A DNA stretch of 63,289 bases, filler included, from an uncultured Gemmatimonadota bacterium (GTDB lineage Bacteria > GCA-2686955), in NCBI GenBank assembly GCA_964490075.1. It is 5 parts of 5 records of this genome, joined end to end, with 100 filler letters (N's around TTAATTAATTAA, not from the genome) between each part and the next. Parts side by side here need not be neighbours in the genome. Positions count along the whole stretch, not along the records: positions 1 to 14,623 come from CAZBBK010000094.1; 4 more parts are not named here. One strand, written 5' to 3'. The position numbers and the translations under genes were made by a program. The notes under the pieces are model-generated. The model made no database searches and was not told the origin of the DNA. It saw only the letters and a program-made list of their open reading frames with translations. Below, in pieces: positions 1 through 9,400 of this stretch (position 1 is its first letter; each line of letters begins with the position of its first letter).

Positions 1-266
1 TCTTGCGCTGGCCCCACGACGACACCAAGGGCGCGCGCCGCTGGCAGCGCGAGGCCCTGGCGCTGAAAGTGTGGGCGCCGGGCCGCCCCGATCCTCTGGC
101 GAAGGGGCTCGAGCAGCTCGACGCCTACCTGGAGCGCACTGGCCTCGACCAGGGGGTGCTGGTGCTCTTCGATCGCCGGGGCGAGGCGGCGCCGATCGCC
201 AAGCGGACGGCCTTCGGTCGGGCAACGACACCCGCGGGGCGCAAGGTCACGCTCTTGCGCGCTTGA
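1..266 (+). CDS. 3' end of an ATP-binding protein with C-terminal PD-(D/E)XK-like domain (partial)
   Basis: LKVW..PDPLAKGLEQLDAYL..GLDQGVLVLFDRR resembles the C-terminus of AAA-ATPase/nuclease-like proteins; 5' end lies outside the window. Confidence 0.6.
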   Translation, partial: LRWPHDDTKGARRWQREALALKVWAPGRPDPLAKGLEQLDAYLERTGLDQGVLVLFDRRGEAAPIAKRTAFGRATTPAGRKVTLLRA

Positions 267-288
267 TGCGCTCCCCCGCGCCCCCGCC

Positions 289-2280
289 CTACATCCCCAA
301 CAACCCCGTCACCACCGCCGCATCCACACCCTCGATCGGCTGCAGCCGCGCCCGCCCCAGAAAGGCCCCCACGTCGTCGATCCCGCAGGCGCGGCGGACC
401 GAATCCAGCAACAGCTTCTCCGGGACACCCCGTCGCCACGGTCCGGCCTGCGTCAGCCCGGCCAGCCTGGCCAGCTTGCTCTTCAAGAACGTATCCAGCG
501 CCGCATCGGTCAGCGCCGGAAGCCGCGGCGATCCGCCCGCGACCGCCACCGCGAAGGGGCTGGACTCCTGGATCATCTCGCTCCCTTCCGACTGCGCATA
601 GCGCTCGAGAAAGAGCAACGATCCCACCGTCCCCAACCCATGCAGCAGCACCGTGCCGCCCGCGACATCGATTCGCCCCACGGCGTCGCCCGCCACCCCC
701 AGCGCCTCGACCACCGCGCGCCCCAGGGCAAACGAAACGCTCGGCGCGCCCGTCGGCCGGAAGCGCGCGGGATTCGCTCCCTCCTCCGCATCGGTCAGAA
801 CGCGCTCGTCGGTCATCTTGACGATCTTGCGGTCGCGCCCCCCCACGGCGATCCGCTTGGTGTCGGCCGCGCCGATCGTGCCGACGATGTCGCCCGTGAT
901 CCGGTCGACCACATCGATCGTCGCCGAGTCCTCGATGTTGGAATGCAGGGTGCCCCGCTGGTAGCGCCGCTCGCAGGTCTCGGAAGAGACATATCGACCG
1001 CCACCGGCGCGTTCCAGCAGCTCCTGGTCGACCATCCGCTCCAGAATCGCTTCACAGGCGCCCACGCCGAGCTTCTCGTGCAATTCCGGCGGCAGAATAC
1101 CGCTCAGATCCGCCGCGCGGACGTAGCTGTGGGCGCATGCCAGAACCAACGCCTGCTGAACGGCCACCGATGGCCGGAATCCGTACCCGCCGCCACACAA
1201 GCGCCCCTCCTTGCCCAGCCGGAACATGGTCCGATAGAGATGCCTTTCGCCCGCGTTCGCAACCAGATAGCCACAGCGCGTGGTATCACCCCGTCGTCCT
1301 CCCCGGCCGAGACGTTGCATCAAACTCGACACGTCGCCCGGCGGATCGGTCAGCAACACATAATCGACCGTCCCGATGTCGATCCCCAGCTCGAGGGTCA
1401 GGGTCGCGAAGCAGACCGCGGCCGGAGCCTGGTGAAAGAGCCGCTCGGTGCGCTCTCGGGTCCCCTTGGCCAGCGATCCGTGATGGGCGAAGACCGCGTC
1501 GCCGAAGCGGGTGCGCCCGCGCAGCTTGGCGCTGAGGATTTCGACCTGGTTGCGCGACCGGCAGAACACCAGCACCTTCTTCCGTCGACGCGCCGCCAGC
1601 TCTTCCAGGTGGCGCGCGACGGCCACGGGCGAACGGCCCTCGAAAGCGCGGCCGAAGATCTTTCGAATCCCCGGCACCACGATCACGGTCGGGTTCCGCA
1701 GGTAGCGCCGGCCCAGCTCCTCCGGGCGGTCGACGGTCGCGCTCGCGGCGACCCGTTGCGGGCGCGAGTCAGCGGCCGCCTCGAGACGATGCAACAGAGC
1801 TCGAAGCTGATCTCCGCGCGGGGTGTTGTCCAGCACGTGGATCTCGTCGACCACCACCATCCGGGTGCCGCGCAGCGCGCCCGGCCGCCGCGCGAGCAGC
1901 GAGTCGAGCGCCTCGGGGGTGGTGATCATCATCGCGGGCAGCCGGCCCCCGACCCGCTCCTTGTGCTCGCCGGTGTAGCGCCCCAGCGACACATCGACCA
2001 GCCCCACCGGCCCCTCCAGACGCCGCCGAAGATCGTTGCCGAGGGCCCGGGTCGGGGCCACCACCACCACCCGGGCGCTCCCGCCCCCGACCCGGCGCAC
2101 CAGCTCCACCGCGGGCGCCGCGTAGGCCTCGGTCTTGCCGCTGGCGGTGGCCGAGCACATCAGCAGGTCGCGCCCCTCCAGAATCGGAGGAATGGCCCGC
2201 CGCTGCACCTCGGTCAGGGCGGTGAAGCGGGCGAACCAGGGGCCGAAGGTGTGGGGCAGGGCGCGGCGGTCGAGGGTCAC
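289..2280 (-). CDS. Lhr/BrxHI-like SF2 DEAH-box helicase
   Basis: Q motif LTEVQ, motif I SATASGKT, II DEIH, III ASAT, HHGSL, TLELGIDIG, VI QRLGRGGRR; GTG start at 2280 overlaps the upstream stop (GTGA). Confidence 0.9.
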   Translation of the reverse strand: MTLDRRALPHTFGPWFARFTALTEVQRRAIPPILEGRDLLMCSATASGKTEAYAAPAVELVRRVGGGSARVVVVAPTRALGNDLRRRLEGPVGLVDVSLGRYTGEHKERVGGRLPAMMITTPEALDSLLARRPGALRGTRMVVVDEIHVLDNTPRGDQLRALLHRLEAAADSRPQRVAASATVDRPEELGRRYLRNPTVIVVPGIRKIFGRAFEGRSPVAVARHLEELAARRRKKVLVFCRSRNQVEILSAKLRGRTRFGDAVFAHHGSLAKGTRERTERLFHQAPAAVCFATLTLELGIDIGTVDYVLLTDPPGDVSSLMQRLGRGGRRGDTTRCGYLVANAGERHLYRTMFRLGKEGRLCGGGYGFRPSVAVQQALVLACAHSYVRAADLSGILPPELHEKLGVGACEAILERMVDQELLERAGGGRYVSSETCERRYQRGTLHSNIEDSATIDVVDRITGDIVGTIGAADTKRIAVGGRDRKIVKMTDERVLTDAEEGANPARFRPTGAPSVSFALGRAVVEALGVAGDAVGRIDVAGGTVLLHGLGTVGSLLFLERYAQSEGSEMIQESSPFAVAVAGGSPRLPALTDAALDTFLKSKLARLAGLTQAGPWRRGVPEKLLLDSVRRACGIDDVGAFLGRARLQPIEGVDAAVVTGLLGM

Positions 2281-3752
2281 GCCCGGCCGGCTTCGGCGAC
2301 CCGGAAACGGTCGGCGTCGAAGAGCAGAACCGCGGCGCGCACCGCGTCTCGAAAGCTGTCGTCTCCGTGATCGAATGCCTCGGCCATGCGCCAGCGGGCC
2401 GCCACCCGCACATCGCCCGCAATTGTGTAGCCGGGATAGGCCCGCTGATAGATCGCCGCGATCCGCTCGACCAGCTCCGGCAGCAGGTCTGCGCGCAGGG
2501 GGGCCAGGTCGATTCCATAGGATGGCGAGCGGGTGATGGTGGAGAAGTCGGCGCGGATCTCGTCCAGGGGGGTCAGCGCGAAGACCGTGCACAGGGGCTG
2601 GTCGCGCCGGAACCGCAAGGGGAGCATGCGATGCACCTTGTGGCCTCCGCGGTAGAGACAGTCGGGGTCGAAGACCAGATCCTCGGGGCGCACGGTGACC
2701 GCGGCGTAGTGCTTCAGGACCTCCAGGGCGTAGCGCCGGTCGACCGGGCTCAACGCCTCCACCCGCTCGACCTCATCGAAAAGCAACACCAGCCCCTGCA
2801 GCCCGGCGTCGGCGAACCAGCTTGCCAGGGTACCGACCAGGTGGATGTACATCCGCCCGTAGGTGCGGAAGTCCGACATGCAGAGCATGCGTTGGCCGCG
2901 CCAGCCGGCCCGCGCGGCGACGTGGTTGATCTCCTCGACGTTCACCGGCTCGCCGGCCACGTAGTCGCGCACCAGCCGCGTCAACGCGGCCCCGCGGCGC
3001 CGCACCTGCAGGTAGGGGCTGAAGAAGCGGCTGGCCCGCCCTCCGTCCCAGTCGTAGTGGGCCGAGCTCTCCAGCAGCTGCTCGAAAAGCCAGTCGAGTC
3101 CCGCGCCGACCTGGTCCGGGGTGCGCAGCGAGTCGGCGATACGCCGGTAGAGACGCAGCGGCTGATGCAGGGCGTTCTCACGCGGATCGAGCGTTACGCG
3201 CGCGGTCGCGAAGCCCCGTTCCAGGGCGAGCTGCTCGGCAGCCTCCAGCAGATGCGTCTTGCCGCTGCCGTAGTCGCCCCACAAAACCCTGCAGCCACCG
3301 CGATCGTCCAACATCCCCCCCAGATTCCCAAGCTCCCGATCGCGGGCGACCGTGTAGTCCTCCACTCCCTGCGCCGGCACCACACCGAGGCGCAACGCCT
3401 CCAGCGTCTGCCAAGCGCAGTCCCCCACCTCCGATCCTACTCGCCCCAACGGCCCGGGAGCGGGGACCAGCGGCGGCGCCGGAGCAGGCAACACTCCGTT
3501 GACCCGCTTCGCGGCGCCCCGCGGGCGCACCAGGACGGCTTTGCGCGCTTCCTCCCGTTGCCGGACCGCCTGGGCACCGAAGTCGAAGTCGATCTCGGAC
3601 AGCTTCACGGTTCGCGTCAACGAAGGCGCTTCGTCGAAGGCGACCCGCACCGCCCGGTAGGCCAGCTTCTTCTTGACGACACCCGTCCCCCACACCGCAT
3701 GGATCACGCGGTCGCCCCGTTTGAGCCTGGCCCCGGTGGTCGCGGAGATCAT
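2277..3752 (-). CDS. DUF2791/BrxD-like P-loop ATPase with N-terminal Tudor/SH3-like domain
   Basis: LEALRLGVVP, Walker A GDYGSGKT, Walker B LVLLFDEVE; ATG at 3752 overlaps the upstream TGA; N-terminus LKRGDRVIHAVWGTGVV. Confidence 0.8.
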   Translation of the reverse strand: MISATTGARLKRGDRVIHAVWGTGVVKKKLAYRAVRVAFDEAPSLTRTVKLSEIDFDFGAQAVRQREEARKAVLVRPRGAAKRVNGVLPAPAPPLVPAPGPLGRVGSEVGDCAWQTLEALRLGVVPAQGVEDYTVARDRELGNLGGMLDDRGGCRVLWGDYGSGKTHLLEAAEQLALERGFATARVTLDPRENALHQPLRLYRRIADSLRTPDQVGAGLDWLFEQLLESSAHYDWDGGRASRFFSPYLQVRRRGAALTRLVRDYVAGEPVNVEEINHVAARAGWRGQRMLCMSDFRTYGRMYIHLVGTLASWFADAGLQGLVLLFDEVERVEALSPVDRRYALEVLKHYAAVTVRPEDLVFDPDCLYRGGHKVHRMLPLRFRRDQPLCTVFALTPLDEIRADFSTITRSPSYGIDLAPLRADLLPELVERIAAIYQRAYPGYTIAGDVRVAARWRMAEAFDHGDDSFRDAVRAAVLLFDADRFRVAEAGRA

Positions 3753-5026
3753 CAGACCTCGACCTCGTCCGGCATCGGCTCGACATCTTCGATCGACCGG
3801 GCGTCGGCCAGCCGCAGGATCTCCTCCCGCGAAAGTGTCCGCTCCCCTTGGCGGCGCTGCGCGTCGATCAACGTGACGGCCGCCTTGACGAAGGTGCGCC
3901 GCGTGCCCGACTCGAAGGAGCGTTCGCCGAGCTCGCGCGCCAGGTCGCCCAGGTTGCTCTGCTGCATTTGGGCATCGAACGCGAAGTCGTGCGCCAGCGC
4001 CGCGATCTCCAGCAGCCGCTCCCCGATCGCCACCAGCAGCTCGGTGGTGCCCAGCGGCAGATGGTCCAGGTCGATCACCGGTTGCAGCGGGCTCACACCG
4101 GAAAAGCGTTGCGCCCCCTTCAGGCGCTGCGCCAGCGCCGGATACTCGGGCACCACGGTGTCCATGAACTCCGGCGGAACGGCGTAGCACCAGACCACTC
4201 CCGGGAGCCGGGACTGGCCGCAGAAGTCGATCATCTCGCGCAAGTGGTCGCCCATCGTTCGCCTGCGGCTGGCGCTCAGGCTCATGTTGCGGTCCATCTC
4301 GTCGAACATCAGCACCACTCCGGGTGCCCCCAGAGCCGCCAACACCTGGACCAGCGAGCGCAGCCACCGAAAGGCGCATCCGTCGCCCAGGGTTTCGCGC
4401 AGCCGGAACTCGGCCAGCTCTTGCCGCGGAATCTCCTCTCCCAGCAGGTAGTCCGCCAGCGTCTCCTCGTTGTCGAGCTCGGCGGCGGCCACCGCGTCGA
4501 GGAAGAGCCGCACGCCGCGGTGAAAGCTCCGGCTCTCGATGTTGTGGCGCGCAAACTCCGTCTCCAGCCAGGTGCGGAAGGTCTGCGCGCCGTGCTCCTC
4601 GATCCGCTCCTCGGCGATCTGTCGCAACACCCTTTCGAATCCCTGGCTCGGTTCTTCGTCGAGCTCGGCCACAGGCAGCTCGAGCTGGCGGGCGACCTCG
4701 CGGTAGATGGCGACCGGCCGGTCGAAGGGGCACTCCTTGGGAGACAGTCCCACCAGGGCCGTGACGAAACCCTCGCGCCAGGCGATCTCTCGCAGGCAGT
4801 GCAAGAACTGTGTCTTGCCCCCGCCGAAGGGCGCCTGCACCAGCTTGAAGGTCGATCTCCCTTTCGACTCCTTCAGAGGAAGCAGGTACTCCTCCCGCAA
4901 CACTTCGAGCAGCTCGTCGGTCGCCACGTTGACCGCCTGGGCGCCGCGCTCCGGGGGCTGGCCGGTGCTGCCCATACGTTCCAGAACGTGTCGTCCCAGC
5001 TCCGGGGTGAGGTCGAGGGGGATCAT
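3752..5026 (-). CDS. DUF2791/BrxD-like P-loop ATPase
   Basis: GQPPERG..VNV, FKLVQAPFGGGKT (variant Walker A), VVLMFDEMD (Walker B), YPALAQRL. Confidence 0.8.
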   Translation of the reverse strand: MIPLDLTPELGRHVLERMGSTGQPPERGAQAVNVATDELLEVLREEYLLPLKESKGRSTFKLVQAPFGGGKTQFLHCLREIAWREGFVTALVGLSPKECPFDRPVAIYREVARQLELPVAELDEEPSQGFERVLRQIAEERIEEHGAQTFRTWLETEFARHNIESRSFHRGVRLFLDAVAAAELDNEETLADYLLGEEIPRQELAEFRLRETLGDGCAFRWLRSLVQVLAALGAPGVVLMFDEMDRNMSLSASRRRTMGDHLREMIDFCGQSRLPGVVWCYAVPPEFMDTVVPEYPALAQRLKGAQRFSGVSPLQPVIDLDHLPLGTTELLVAIGERLLEIAALAHDFAFDAQMQQSNLGDLARELGERSFESGTRRTFVKAAVTLIDAQRRQGERTLSREEILRLADARSIEDVEPMPDEVEV

Positions 5027-5919
5027 GGGCGCGCTTCCTCTCGGGTGAAGAAGACGGTCAGCTTGTATTCACCGTGGCCGTGGGGATCCTCCATAAAAAG
5101 CGATCGGTTCTTCTTCGAGGCGGTGGTCCCGGTGGCCACGCCGAGGTTCATGCGCCAACCGTCGCGGCGCAGTCCGGCGCGCTCGCGAAGCTGCATCACA
5201 TCGAACGCGAAACGTGCCCGGGAGTAGCCGCGGTAGTTCCTGGCGGTCGGATCGATGCGGAATTTCCGCGGCTGGACCTGCAGCGCCAGGTAGGGCAAGA
5301 AGTCGGCGATCTCGACCCGCTCCGGTGCACCGCCGCGCGCGGCACGGGCCGCCTTCCAGGCGCAGAGACAGTCTTCGAAGAAGCGGCCGGCGTCGAAGCC
5401 GGAGCGCATCGAGGCGAGGGCGGAAGTGTGCATCTTCATGATCGTCTCGGCCCGCGCTTCACAGCGGGCGATCGGCAGGCGGGCAAAGCGCAGCTCCGCG
5501 TTGCCCTTGGCCTGGTCGAGCGTGACCGCGAAGGGGGCGATCCGGATCTCGACCGGATCCTCGTTGCGGACCACCGCGAGGGTCAGGCCGCGCGCCTCGC
5601 AGGCGGCTCTCAGCTCGCGGGCCAGATCCTGGCGAATTCGCTCCCGGCGCTGGCGCAGCTCGGCGCGAACCTCGTCCAGCAGGGCGCTCGCCCGTTCTCC
5701 GGCCGGCAGGGCGCGACACTTCGCGGCGACCTTGTCGATCAACGCCGGCAGCTTGCCCAGGTCTTCGTAGGCCCTGGGTTTGGCCAGGGGTCCGACGGCC
5801 GTCGCCAGGCGGCTCAGGGCGCGCGCGTCCGCCTTCCACGCCGCCTGGGCTTCGGCCACGCGCCGGTCGATCGTGGGCGGGGAATCGCCCGCGTCGAGAG
5901 GGAGCTCGATCTGCTTCAC
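5023..5919 (-). CDS. hypothetical protein, first gene of the ATPase-ATPase-helicase cassette
   Basis: 298-aa ORF, AAGGAG RBS before GTG, ATGA overlap with the next gene; helical N-terminus. Confidence 0.75.
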   Translation of the reverse strand: MKQIELPLDAGDSPPTIDRRVAEAQAAWKADARALSRLATAVGPLAKPRAYEDLGKLPALIDKVAAKCRALPAGERASALLDEVRAELRQRRERIRQDLARELRAACEARGLTLAVVRNEDPVEIRIAPFAVTLDQAKGNAELRFARLPIARCEARAETIMKMHTSALASMRSGFDAGRFFEDCLCAWKAARAARGGAPERVEIADFLPYLALQVQPRKFRIDPTARNYRGYSRARFAFDVMQLRERAGLRRDGWRMNLGVATGTTASKKNRSLFMEDPHGHGEYKLTVFFTREEARP

Positions 5920-6327
5920 CCGCTTCGTCTCCTTTTTTCGTTGTTGCGAGGGCGGATCTTAGCACAGGCTCGCGCGGGTCCTCAGCGGCGCGCGCGATCG
6001 AAATCGTGGGGGGATCTGGTCCAGTCCGCCATGCGGGGTTTCGCGAATCCGGCCACGTCTCCCCGGTGCGGTCTTGCGAGTTTGCTAGCCCCGGCAGCGA
6101 CCAGGGCGGAGCCCCCGGAACGCTCAGGTTCCATCTTGGAGGACCGGACGATGGCGAGCTTGTGACGCGCCGGCGGGCGCTGCGCTCTGGAGGGCCGCGA
6201 ATCCGGCCCCCTCTTCTCCCTTCCCCCCGCCCCGGAGTCCGGATCCCTGGTCCCCGATCCAGGAGTGTCCCCCAGGGGGCGCCGGTCGCCATCGCCGCAA
6301 GTGCAAGCCCTGAAACACTCGCGCGAC

Positions 6328-6343
6328 TGGCATGGCGCATGCT
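6328..6343 (+). promoter_or_regulatory. putative sigma54 -24/-12 promoter of the kinase-activator operon
   Basis: TGGCATGGCGCATGCT: GG-N10-GC spacing, close to the TGGCAC-N5-TTGCW consensus; TCC-N8-GG(T/A) boxes upstream at 6238-6264. Confidence 0.55.
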
Positions 6344-6457
6344 GTTCCCCTTTTCGTCGCCGGCCGGATGGCGACCTCTCGCGGCGAGCCCTACGCTCTG
6401 ACATCTGCGCGGCACTCAGTCCGCCTCACTCTCACTCCGAAAGGAACGATCGGTCCG

Positions 6458-9400
6458 GTGGCGAGCATCCATTGGGAAGTCCTTCGAGTCCGCCTCGACG
6501 ATTTGGTGGAGCGCGGTCGCCTGAGCGATCTGGCGGCCGACGAGCTCTTGATGCACTTCATGGCGGCCGATGGCGGAGCCGCGCTCGAGCGCACCGACCT
6601 CCGTGCCGCAAACGAAGCCGTCGGCGACGAGGTGGCCGAGACGCTTCTGAACGCAGCGTACGGCGATGATCCGCGGCCCTCGACCGATCCCCCCGTGCAT
6701 CAGCCCCCCGCACCCATCTCGCCCGCACCCGGCACTCTGATCGGCGCCTGGCGCATCGGCGGGAAGCTCGGCACCGGCGCCACCGCCGAGGTCTTCGCCG
6801 TGACGCACGAGGGAAAGGACGAGCGGCGGGCCTTGAAGCTCCTGCGTCCCGGGCTCGATGCCAGCGCGCGGGAGCGCTTCTTCCGAGAGCTCGACCTGGC
6901 CCTGCATCCTCCCCATGACGCGATTCTGCGCGCCAAATCGGTCGGTCAGTGGCGCGGCCGTCCCTACGGCATTCTCGAGCTCGCCCACGGCACACTCGAC
7001 GATCGATTGCGCCGCAGCGTTCTCGAGCCGGAACAAACCTGTCGCCTGCTGATCCCGATCGCCCAGGCGCTCGCGGCCCTGCATCGCGGCGGCAACGTCC
7101 ACCGCGACGTGAAGCCGGCCAACATCTTCATCCGCGCGGACGGGAGCACGGCTCTCGGCGACCTCGGTCTGGTGGCCAGCACCGACGCGCGCACCCGGCT
7201 GACCCTCGCGGCCGGCTTCGTCGGCACGCCCGCCTACGCACCGCCGGAGCAGTTCGCGACGGGTGCCGAGCCCAGTCCTTGCTGGGACGTGCACGCCTTG
7301 GCCGCCAGCGCCTTTCACGCCATGACCGGCGACCCGCCCTGGGGACGCCCCGGGGTCGGGTCGAATCCGCTCCGCCCCTATCCGGCGAGGACCCGGGCCT
7401 TCCAGAATCTGCCCGCGAACGCCCGGGCGCTGCTCGCCAACGCGCTTGCCGTGAATCCCTCACTGCGATTGGCGACCATCGAAGCCCTGGCCCGCGATCT
7501 CGCCCGAGTCGCGGGCGGCGAGACACCGCTGGCGCGAGGTCCACGCGCGACGGACCACCTGCGGGGTTGGATCGGACTGCACCGCCGGTGGGCCGGCGCC
7601 CTCGTGCTGCTGGCCTCCGCGCTGAGCCTGGGCGCGCTGGCGCCGGATGCCCGGAGGCGCTGGAACAACCACCGGATCGAGGCGACGATCGAGCGCTCGA
7701 TCGAGACCGACCGGATCCGAGCCGCCGCCGAAATCGAGAACGCGCGGACACTCGCGGCCGAGCTCTGCTCCGCGCCGGAAGCGCCCTGGGTCTTGCCTCC
7801 TCTGCCCGCTCCGGCCGCGATGGGTCACCAGTGGGTGGCCGCCGGCGAGGTCCTCGGCGCTCTGCAAGGCGTGCCCGACTCCCTCGAGATCCCGGCCTGG
7901 GCCGACACCGACGCGGTCCTGCTGCGCCACCTGCGGGGATCCGGCGGCACCCGCCTTCGCGAAGACGCGCGCCGGCTGCGTCGTCGGATCGCGGCGCTGG
8001 AGGCGGAGATGTCGCCGCTGGCGTTGCGCACCAGGATCCGCACGCTTCTCGTCGACTCCGGGAGCGATACGGAGCTCTTGCTCGACCAGGCGCTGCGCCA
8101 GGCGCCTCTGCGCCGCGAGCGAGCCGACCTGCGCCGTCTGGCGCTGCGCCTGGCAGCCGCCGAGACCGATCCGCCGAGCGCCGCGGCGGCCGACGCCGCG
8201 CTGATGCTGGCCGAGCTCGGTCACCAGGAAACCCTGTTGCTCGACCTGGCCGAGATCCTGCTGCAGGACGCCCAGGTCGACGCCGCGGAGCGCTTGCTGG
8301 CTCGATACCGATCGGCCGCTTGGAGCGCTGCCGCCCGGCGCCGCTTCGACCAGCTGCGCAAGGCCGTACGCCTTGCGGGGCCGGAGCCCTGGGCGGCAAT
8401 CGATGCCGCGACCGAGAACGCGACGGAAGACGACCCGAGCTGGTTGAGCGCTCTGAGGCCGGTCGAGCTGCTAGAAGGGTCGTGGCACGCCATCGCCCGG
8501 CGCGACGGATCGCCCGACACCCTCTATGTCGCTCGCGACCATGGCATCCGGGAAATCGTGGCGATCGAGGGGGGCTTTCTGGAGCTCGGCGACCTCTGGA
8601 TCTTGCCCGACTCCCTGCGCAACCGTGGCTCGATCAGCCGCCTCTGGGCGCCTCCGCGGCAACAGTCATCGGAAGCTCCCGATTTCGTCGCCCGGCTGTG
8701 GCCTGGCGAAGGGCGCGATCTGGCTCACCTGTTGCTGCTGCGACGCAACGGCACCACTCTGACTGTCGTCGGTGCCATGCCGATGCACGCATCGACCACC
8801 GCGCCGGTGGCCTGGGGCGACCTCGACGGTGACGGCGGCAACGAAATCGCGATTGGTGGGGACTGGCGTGAGCCGACGATGGCGCTCTGGGCGATCGGCC
8901 CGGACGGGCGATACGCGCCGCAGCCCCGTTTGCGTCTGACCGGCGGCGAGCACCAGTTCATCGCCTTCGTCGACGTGGACGAAGACGGCAGGGACGAGCT
9001 CCTCGTCCGAGTCGACGGTTGGCGGCGCTGTGGCGCACGACTGCTCGCGCTCGACGGCCCGTCAGTCGCCGCCGGCGCCTGGCGAGAGAGGCAGAACCTC
9101 CCGATCGGCGGCGCCACCCGCGGCCGAATTCCGCGTATCCGGACCGATCAGCCGATCCCTGTTCCTACCGCCGAGTCGGTGCTCGGCTCGCTTACGAGCG
9201 ATCCGCCGGAACGCTGCAGGCTGGTCCACCACCATCCTCCGGGGCTGCAGCTCTTTCGTCGCGCCGGAGGGGAGCTGCGGCGCCACGCTACGATCGTCCC
9301 GCCCCACTGGCACCGCGGGGCCCATCCTCATCTTCCGGCCGGCGCGGGAAGCCTGCTCGGCATCGAAGGAAGAGGCGACTCCGCGGCGCTCTGGTACCAG

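Noticed and set aside
289-5919. Calling the cassette a BREX system
   Set aside because: No pglX, pglZ, brxC/pglY or pglW in the bounded operon; the divergent kinase has a TM and ectodomain, unlike PglW
5459-6415. Minus-strand ORF with an RBS-like GAAAAGGGGAA before ATG near 6340
   Set aside because: Low-complexity Arg/Pro/Gly translation overlapping the 298-aa gene out of frame; better explained as a divergent promoter region
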